Notes under the pieces: generated by a model
Databases searched by the model: none
Seen by the model: only the letters and a program-made list of their open reading frames with translations
Told to the model about the DNA's origin: nothing
From: Phycisphaerae bacterium
GTDB lineage: Bacteria > Planctomycetota > Phycisphaerae > Sedimentisphaerales > Anaerohalosphaeraceae
DNA length: 53,447 bases
NCBI GenBank assembly: GCA_018433925.1
Contig: JAHDQI010000037.1
Coordinates: 1 to 53,447 of the forward strand
Direction: 5' to 3'
Shown: positions 27,505-35,924 of the stretch, in pieces
How the letters are laid out: every line of letters starts with the position of its first letter
Position numbering within the stretch: the stretch's first letter is position 1
Program-made: the position numbers and the translations under genes

Positions 27505-28848
27505 AAAACGTTTACCCGTAATTTGTGTTATATCCTGTTCCGGATCATACACTACTACGACTTGCCCATCACCGCCGTAGGCGACTATTTTGCCATCGGC
27601 CGTCAAATCATCTATCTGTGTACGAGCATCCCAATGGAGAAGCAATTTACCGGTCCCTGAAATATCAAGCACACCATGCCCGGAAGTGTAATCCAGCATC
27701 ACTAACCCCACAGAACTGGTATTAGTTATCTCAACCGCACCACCCTTCAGTTCAAAATACGTACCGGTCTGTAATTTAAAATACGAACTGACATTAATCT
27801 TGCCGTCTGTAACAACCCAATTCGACGGGGCTTCCGTATATTCGCTAAGTCTGAGAGTGAATGTGTTGATTTCTCCGCCGCTCATTTCAACATAACTGCT
27901 GGCAGTGTCGCAACTTCGCGCATCCATAAAGTTCCCCGAGACATTTATCGTACCGCCGGACATCTGAATCGTCGAATGAGCACCCGCACCTGCAACCAAC
28001 CCTGCAGTATTGAAAGTGCCGCTTTCCATGATAAGAGTACCATAGGCCCCCGCTCCGGTTACTCCAATCATCGCATCCGTGGGAAAAGTAATTGTACCGC
28101 CAGTCATGCGCATAACACCGTCGCAGAGGTAACTGCCGGTTGTCTGGCCCAAGCGAAGTTTTCTGATATTATGAGTACCGCCATTGACTTCAAAATAGCC
28201 CTTGTTCTCAGCGGTCGTCCCATAATTGGCACCCACCCGAAAATAGTCTGCAGAACTCGTGGGTATCTGGATACTGCCGTCATTTACGATCCAGGACATC
28301 GTGCCCATGCCGCCAAGCTGGATGCCTTGTCCCATATACACTGTCCCGCCATCCATGATGATTAAGCCGTTGTCATCCGTATCCGAACCTTTAAAATACA
28401 TGCCGTTAATCGTGCCACCGGTCATGTGGAGATAGGCGTCACCATCCTGTGCAAAAGCAAAAAGGTTACCAACCGTTATGGTTCCGTCACTGATTTCCAA
28501 AGATGCTTCATCTACACCCGTATCGCCAGGCATGGTCCAATCGGCAGTTATACCCAATGTACCGCCAGAAACTTGCATTGTCTGGCCCGACCCGGGACCA
28601 ACAATAGTATTACAAACCGCAGTTACCGTTTCGTCAATTATTGGGCCTTGAGAGATGGAGCCATCCAGCTCAACGTCATCTGCCACCACCGGAGCTAGAT
28701 CTGTTGACCAGTTCTCAGGCGTACTCCACAAATCACCTGTACCGCCGCCATCCCACGTAACAGTTGCGGCGACCACCGGATTGACCAGCATCCCAATCGC
28801 CATAACAAAAATCCATATTGCTACTTGCCTAACATAATCATACCTCAT
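24031..28848 (-). CDS. Giant exported protein, 'head B + long tail': G-G-T beta-helix head, uncharacterised propeller-like region, beta-sandwich, parallel beta-helix (GGAI repeats) and two Cys-rich dockerin-like repeats
   Basis: Start set at ATG 28848 ([27 protein letters not shown]), parallel to the start of 17017-19080. The head is about 85% nt-identical by eye to 17728-19080. The core begins [10 protein letters not shown]. The beta-helix begins [47 protein letters not shown] and carries [24 protein letters not shown] and YGGAIVAT. The C-terminus has two copies of GD.[19 protein letters not shown].CD. Confidence 0.85.
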   Translation of the reverse strand: [1605 protein letters not shown]

Positions 28849-28963
28849 TTTAAGCCCCCCGCATGTTAAGATTAAAATAAACTTTTTGAATATTCTAACC
28901 AAAACTAATGATTTCATTATGTTTGTTTATTCCTTATTTTGTCAATTTTCATTAAACACATAT

Positions 28964-31900
28964 CTAATCACATTCAGGGACAGTACAAGCCAACCAGTTT
29001 TCCGCTAACACAGCCAAATCTCTGATATTCACTTTGCAGTCTTCCGTCAGATCGCCGGGGGGAATCGGATCACACGCAGGGGCGGTACAAACCAGCCAGT
29101 TGGCCGCCAGCACCACCATGTCTTCAAGAGTTACCCGGCAGTCTTCCGTCAGATCGCCCGGAGGAATCGGATGAAGCGCATCGCCGCAAACACCCAAAAA
29201 CGGGGTCGAACCATATTCATAAGCCCCCATGTCGACTGTTGTATTCGAAATTCGATTGTTGCCGTCAATATCCGCCAGAAGATTGGCCGGGACAACCGCA
29301 TTATTTCCGCTGTCAATACAAGCAGACGGAATCGTCAGCCGATAATCATCATCTTCCGTACCGGCAACATGATCCGCACCCTCCGGGTCTATAAAGTTGG
29401 GAAGTAAACTGACATTTCCTTCGCCCGGCCAGCCGCCGTATACATTGCTGTACTCAACCGAGAAAAGATCTGAATTGTAGCTTATTTCACTGTTGCCGTC
29501 CCATAATATGGAGTTTCTGACGGATACTACCGCAGTGCCGCTTGAAGTTCCCGATATCCCTTTTCCGCTAATCATTGCGGCATTTCCCGCAAAGGTACAA
29601 TTGATAATATCACTGCTTTGAGTATCAGAAAATTGATTGGCGCCAAGTTGGATGGCGCCGCCTCTGCCTGCCTTATTGCCGTTAAATACACAGTTTCTGA
29701 TATGGGCAGTTGTTCCGGGCTCCATCATAATAGCACCGCCATAACCCACATTCGTCAGACTCAGCGTTGTTTGATTGCCGATAAAGTAACTGTTGGATAT
29801 CACAGGCGAGTCTGCATCCCAGTTCGAAACGGCGCCGCCGTATCGTGTTTCAATTGTTTCCGTGCTGCCGCCATTTTCAATGAAAATACAATCATCAATT
29901 TCGACATCACCGCTGTATTGTAAGCGGATAGCACCGCCGCTGCGGCTGATATTTTTCTCAAACCGGCAACTCTGTATCTTCATCGACGATTTTCCTGCAT
30001 ATATTGCCCCGCCATAAGTAGTTGCGCTGTTTCCTGTGAAAGTGCAATTGCGAAGGGTCGGAGAACCAGTCGTCCAGACAATTAGACCACCTCCTGCATT
30101 ATGCGGTGACGCCGCATCCCCGGCACGGCCTCCGGTAATAGTAAACCCATCCAGAATCGTTGCCGCATCCGTATCATCCCCAATAATGATATGACGGGAA
30201 TTCTCATCATTATTAGTAAAATTAGGTCCGTCATCGCCGGCTAAGTCACCGGAAAGAATCGTTTCGTGATTTTTATAATCTCTCTGGGAAAGAGCGGTCT
30301 CCGACCCCGCAAAGCCGCCGTAAACAGCAACGCCGTTCTTCAGCTCAAACGCCTCATAGCAGGCAAGATCAGCATTCACATCCTGCGTAGGTTTATAGAC
30401 CCCCTCAGCAACCCAGATTTGGTCGCCGTATTCAGCGCTGGCCAGGGCATTCTGGAGATCGCAAAAGGCATCGGCCCAACCGGAGCCGTCATTTTGACCC
30501 GTCGCATCCGCATCTACATATATCACATTGTTATAACCGCCAAAATTCAAGCTATATAATTGGCCTTTGTAGATTGTAATACGAAGTTTTACGGGTTGAT
30601 TGGGAAGATCCGTTATGCTCCGGTCGTTCCAGCGCAGCGGGGAATTGACCGAGTCGCCCGCAAATAATGCACCGGAATCCCCCGAATACTCAGGCAGATC
30701 AGTTCCATACTGGTCCAGTACCTCAACCAAAATATAGCCATTCGGATCCGTCTTGGCATTAATATTTAATTTGGAACCGGCAGACAAAATCTTGGTTGTC
30801 ATCATTCCGGTATCGGTTGCCTGGCCCAGCCGGACCCAGCCGTCTTTGCGATATTTAATCAATGCCGGAGTGATCACCATATTTTTGGTTGCATCAACGA
30901 TGTGATCCCATGACGAGCCGTACCAGTCCCAAATCTCAGAATCGGGAATTCCGCCCTCCCCGGCAAGCCGACCCTCGAATCGATTCAAATAATAGTCTGT
31001 GGTTATATAAGAGCGGTCTTTTCTGTCATAAGCCGTAAGAAACATAAAGTGCAGCACATTGATTCCAAAGATCGGCTCAAAATATTCCCTGCCGTTGTCC
31101 AGTCTGGTTCGACTCTCTGGAAAATAAGAGTAACCAAAATTCCAACTGCCAAATTCGCCGTTCTCTAAAAATGGCTGTTGACTAAATCGGTTCCACAAAA
31201 TACCGTCTCGGCTGTAAGCTAAATCAGCAGAGAGCTTCTGATCTGCCTGATCATACATTCGGACATAGCTCAATTCCAGGGCATGTTCTTCTTCATCAAA
31301 AACAAAAACTCCGTAATGCTGAAGTGCAAACGTTTCACATTCATCAGGAACTTCAAAATACGCAGGGCTCCAGGTCACGCCGTCCTGACTACTCCAGGCA
31401 ACCAGGATTCTGCTTGCGAGAATGTTATCATAATAGACTCTAAGAGGGTCATTTCGGGGAATATTACGAGTCTGATAAAATCGAAGCGTATTGCCGTCCC
31501 TGCTCAAGTGTTCCGGACCATAATTATCATTTGCATCCTGCCATTGACCGATTTCGTTGTCCTCAAATTCCCCTTTAACCCGGACAATGGGTTCGGGCGT
31601 TAAGATCAGGTATTCACCATTAGGTCTTTCCCATACGGCAATCCGACACCAGTAAGGTATGGTGATATCCCCCAACACCAGGCCGGGCTTGACCTTGTAC
31701 ACAGAAACCTGACTCAAATTAACAGGGCCATCCTCTTCCGGATCATAGTAGCGATAGCTCGGAGTCCCTAAAAACAGATTCTTCACTTTGGTTTTATCAA
31801 ATGTGATCATGTCATAACCGTAATCACGATCCTCCGGCTCCGCCGCAACATCCCAGTTTTCGTAATCGTCGCTAACGACCCAGTACTTCAATTCATCCTG

Positions 31901-32443
31901 GGCGGCTCCATTGGACATTCCATTCCTGCCATATAACTCTACATACATCTTTTGGTCCTTGCCGATCCGGAAATCAGTTACCCAGGTATGATAACGAAAA
32001 TAATCAGGATCGGTCTTCCAGGGCTCAATAGGAATGGTCCGGCACGGCTCAACCTCTCGGTTCAGCCCGCTTTGAGAAGCGATGTACCAGTCATCCACAA
32101 AAAGCATTTTTCGGCCTGCCACATCAATCGGTTCAGTTGGATCTGGCGGAGCAACAATTGTTTGCTTGCGAATGCCTCGAATGAGCAGACCCGTGTCTTG
32201 ACCGTCCTCTCTAACTTCCCGTATCCGCACTTCATAATCACCGTCAGGCCAATTGGTAATATCGATATTTTCCTCCTGCAATCCCTGGGAAGCATAAACC
32301 GTCACTTGCATCGGAGATACCGGAGAGGTACCAGTTACAGGGTCGCGAAATGTTAATTCAACTCGGATATCGTCATCATCGAAGCATTGAAAAGCCAGCA
32401 TTGCAGTATTCTTATTCAAATAGGCCGATCGAACAGATTCCAC
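28964..32443 (-). repeat. Long-tail cassette copy 2 (about 3.48 kb), paralogous to 24031-27504
   Basis: See copy 1. The junction with head A lies between the FLCN codons and VESVRS (V codon at 32441-32443). Confidence 0.85.
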
Positions 32444-33397
32444 CTTAAGACGCTCACTTAACAACAACACTTCATTACATAGAAAATGGCTCGGGCCCAA
32501 AGCACCATCCGAAATCCGCACTTCGTCGATCAGTCCCTGGTATCGATTCGTATGGACTTTATTCACCAATTCACGGTAAAATACCCAACTCCCACCGTGC
32601 CAGGTGGACGCGATGTCATGATCCGTACTCAGGGTCGTATCCGGACTGCCGGATGATGTTATATCCAGGGCGGCTGCCACCTCTGTTTCCCCTCCCTCAG
32701 TAATATTGGTCAAATACAGCGTCAAGGTAATTCCATCACTTACGACTGCCGCATGATACCACGTGCCTGTTAGCCCTGTCGGATCCGTACTGTAATCAAA
32801 TCCCTGTATGGCGTTAGAAGCAGACTGAACCACATGTTTATAGCCGGATACATCGACGAAAAATGCCTCCACCGACAAATTGCTCATTTTGACGCGAAGC
32901 ACAAAGGCGGCGGCCCCCGGCTCTGCCGTACAAATATTATAAGCATCCCGATTTACAATGGTACCGTACTCGCCGGCTCCCGGGGGATCCTGTACGTTTC
33001 CCGGATTAAAAATCGCCTCCACTGTAAATTGAGCCGGAGCAATCCGTTCCGCGTCAATGCCGGAGGGCATGCTGTAGGCCGAGTAGGTAAGCGTTCCGGG
33101 CTTGGTCCCCCAGTTTTGCATACTGAACTGATTCATCCGTCTCGTTTGCGGAACAACGGAAAAAGGCAGATTATTTCGAAACCAAAACGAACTGTTATTC
33201 GGAGCATCCGACCAAACTTTTACATGGTTTCCATTTCCTGAAACATCCGGGATGTCCTCCGAATAATAATACCCATCCTGTTCGGTCGGAACCACTGTAT
33301 TGGCGGGGCCTGCATCAAATGTCCAATAAGCCACCGTCGCGGCATACAACGGAAAACCTGCCGCTAACACCCCCCAAACTATTGATTTAAACGTCAT
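28964..33397 (-). CDS. Giant exported protein, 'head A + long tail': LamG head plus the same ~1,160-aa core as 24031-28848
   Basis: GAGAGGA lies upstream of ATG 33397. Signal peptide [25 protein letters not shown]. LamG motifs are [14 protein letters not shown] and [16 protein letters not shown]. The core from [10 protein letters not shown] to the C-terminal [30 protein letters not shown] and [30 protein letters not shown] is colinear with the neighbouring gene. Confidence 0.85.
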   Translation of the reverse strand: [1477 protein letters not shown]

Positions 33398-33451
33398 CGT
33401 TGTCCTCTCTGAACGTCTTTCTTTTCCTGTTTTCCGGTCTGCCTTTGCCCG

Positions 33452-35818
33452 TTAATCGAGAGCTTTCTTTGGGACTATTTTGGCCTCAAAAAGCGGCCCC
33501 GCTATTTTACCGGGCCTGGCAGCCAGTTTCACTCGGACTTTTTCCTTGCCGCCAATCAGTTCTGTCGGTATCGAGTAGGCAATATCCGTATAGGGACGGT
33601 AATGAACCGTTTTCATGTTCTCCTCTGCAATTTTGACATCCTCGACCAGGATGTCAAAAATCCTGTCCTTTTTATTGTCACACCAGTAGGTCAGAATCAA
33701 TTCGGCCGAGGCAGTCCCCGGTGTTTTTACATCAAAAGCAAACCATCCGCCATCTTCCGCCTGCCGCCACACGTTGCCGGCGTGCTGTCCTGTGCTCAGG
33801 TTTTCACCCGCCACATTAAGGGATCGCTGAATCTGCAGGCATTCTCTTCGCTGTGAATCGGTGAAGGTATCCATGTAAACAGTATACTTTTCATTGATTA
33901 TCTTATAGAGCGGCATCAGCCGTATATCCACAGGAACAGCGTTTTCCTCGAATCCCTTACTGATTTTTTCACCCATAAACTCCAGCGGCCTGCCCGGGAT
34001 AGGTTTTATTCGACAGAGGATTTCCTGCGGGGCACCAATCAGCATCGGGAGAGGATCACCGACCAGCAGGTCTTTCAGCCGCAGAGAATGGCCCGGACCG
34101 TCCGGCGGCGATAGAGATTCCCCTCCGCTCAAATCCGCCGCCAGTACAATGGGGCCGTACAAAAAGACCATACGATCGGGTTTATCAGGCATCGTCTCCA
34201 CATGAAGCTTCATGGGCATTTTCATCTCCAGCACATCTCCGCTGCGGATACGATTGAACACAAGATAGCCCCCGCCATCCAAGACATCCTCCTGCGGCCT
34301 GCCATTGATCGTACAGGTCACACCCTCCGCCCAGCCGGGCTTACGAATCCGGAGCGGGCAAGGCATCGAACGCCCGGCAAAGGTCAACGTAAGAGTATCC
34401 GATTCCGGAAAATCGGTCTCCAGTTTAACGACAAGCCCCTTCTCCTTCCAGTTCAACTCAGAGGCGATAAATTGGTTCAGATACAGCCCATCTGCTCCGT
34501 AGGCCCAGATACACTCGCCGTATTTACTGTGATTTTCAAAACCGGTTCCCACACAGCACCAGAACGAATCAAAAGGCGTGCTGTACTTCTTCCTCGCAGG
34601 CATATCCAGAAAACCCTTGTACTTGATCATCCCCGTTTCGCGGCTCTGGTGTGCCAAAATATGGTTCCATAAAGCCTGCTCATAATAATCCATATATATC
34701 GTTTGGGGATTGAGAGCATATAAATGCCGCGACAGCTTAAGCATATTGTACGCACAGCAGTTTTCAGTCGTATGGTAAAGAAGCTCGGATAACTGATCCG
34801 GCTGTCCAAATCGTTCAACAACACTGTTGCCCCCATTGATAAAGGTATAATGATGAACCACTGTCTGATAAAAAAAATCGCTGATGGTTCCGAACTTCTC
34901 CTCCCCCGTCAGTTCATAAAGGCGCGCCGCCCCGATAATCTTGGGAATCTGGGTGTTGGAGTGCAAATTGGGCAGACAATCTTGTCTCCGGCTTAACGGA
35001 TCCAAAATAACATCATCATAGAATTGTTTGCTGATTGACAGGTATTTCTCATCACCGGTCAGGGCATAAACATCCGCCAGGACCTCCATCATCCCCCCGT
35101 ATTCACTGAGAAGCATTGTCTGCCATTGTTCATGGGTCAATGATCGGGTGACGTCAATGATCCAATCGGCCAGTTTTGTTGAAATTGACAAGGCCTTTTC
35201 GTTTTGCGTATACACATACACATCGCGCAAACCGGCCAGGACCTTATGGTGCACATACCAGGGTACCCATAACTCATTCAGGCGAAAATCATTGGGATTG
35301 ACGCGAATGTTTCCCTTGGCAATCTCCTCCTCGAAGATTTTTTTGCCGTTGGGAATGCCGGACACATACCCGTCCTGATGGACATTCTGGCATGTTGCAA
35401 GTTCATCCACGATATAGTCAACCCTCTTTTTTAAATCCGGGTCTTCGGTGGCTGCGTAAGCCATGGAGACCGCCGAAAGATAATGACCCAGTGTATGTCC
35501 CGTCAGCGTTGAGTCTTCCCAGCCGCCGTAGACCGGGGCCTTCGGTTCAAATCCCGCTTCCTTGTGGAAACCCGACAGGAGCCGATCCGGCTCAAGTGAT
35601 TTCATCCAGGCAATATTCCGGCTCATCGCCTGCCTGCAGGGCCCATCCAGCAAACGGACGTCTTGCAGTCGAAATGAGTAAACCGCAGGTTTTTTCGCCA
35701 ATGTCACTTGAAGCGGATATCCCAAAATCAGGGAATCCGCTTTTGCACAGAGAGTAACAGCGAAAAAGATTCCGATCATCAGGATCACAAAAATATATCC
35801 TATACTTAAACCCTTCAT
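33452..35818 (-). CDS. GH127 (DUF1680) beta-L-arabinofuranosidase-family glycosidase, secreted
   Basis: LTGHTLGHYLSAVSMAY, TENCCAYNMLKLSRHL and FWCCVGTGFENHSKYG form the Cys-rich Zn/catalytic motif set of GH127. Size is 788 aa with an N-terminal hydrophobic signal. Confidence 0.85.
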   Translation of the reverse strand: MKGLSIGYIFVILMIGIFFAVTLCAKADSLILGYPLQVTLAKKPAVYSFRLQDVRLLDGPCRQAMSRNIAWMKSLEPDRLLSGFHKEAGFEPKAPVYGGWEDSTLTGHTLGHYLSAVSMAYAATEDPDLKKRVDYIVDELATCQNVHQDGYVSGIPNGKKIFEEEIAKGNIRVNPNDFRLNELWVPWYVHHKVLAGLRDVYVYTQNEKALSISTKLADWIIDVTRSLTHEQWQTMLLSEYGGMMEVLADVYALTGDEKYLSISKQFYDDVILDPLSRRQDCLPNLHSNTQIPKIIGAARLYELTGEEKFGTISDFFYQTVVHHYTFINGGNSVVERFGQPDQLSELLYHTTENCCAYNMLKLSRHLYALNPQTIYMDYYEQALWNHILAHQSRETGMIKYKGFLDMPARKKYSTPFDSFWCCVGTGFENHSKYGECIWAYGADGLYLNQFIASELNWKEKGLVVKLETDFPESDTLTLTFAGRSMPCPLRIRKPGWAEGVTCTINGRPQEDVLDGGGYLVFNRIRSGDVLEMKMPMKLHVETMPDKPDRMVFLYGPIVLAADLSGGESLSPPDGPGHSLRLKDLLVGDPLPMLIGAPQEILCRIKPIPGRPLEFMGEKISKGFEENAVPVDIRLMPLYKIINEKYTVYMDTFTDSQRRECLQIQRSLNVAGENLSTGQHAGNVWRQAEDGGWFAFDVKTPGTASAELILTYWCDNKKDRIFDILVEDVKIAEENMKTVHYRPYTDIAYSIPTELIGGKEKVRVKLAARPGKIAGPLFEAKIVPKKALD

Positions 35819-35924
35819 CTGTTATCCTTTTTTTCTTAATAGAATTTTTATGAGAACAAAACGTATGATATATTTACGATCTTAACGGCCGTGTCAATTT
35901 GCCAAAGTTGCTTATTTCCTGTAA

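Noticed and set aside
24031-33397. Diversity-generating retroelement (template/variable repeat) as an explanation for the near-identical giant-gene segments
   Set aside because: No reverse transcriptase gene is in the window. The differences between the copies involve all four bases rather than adenine-specific changes, and they are spread over 3.4 kb.
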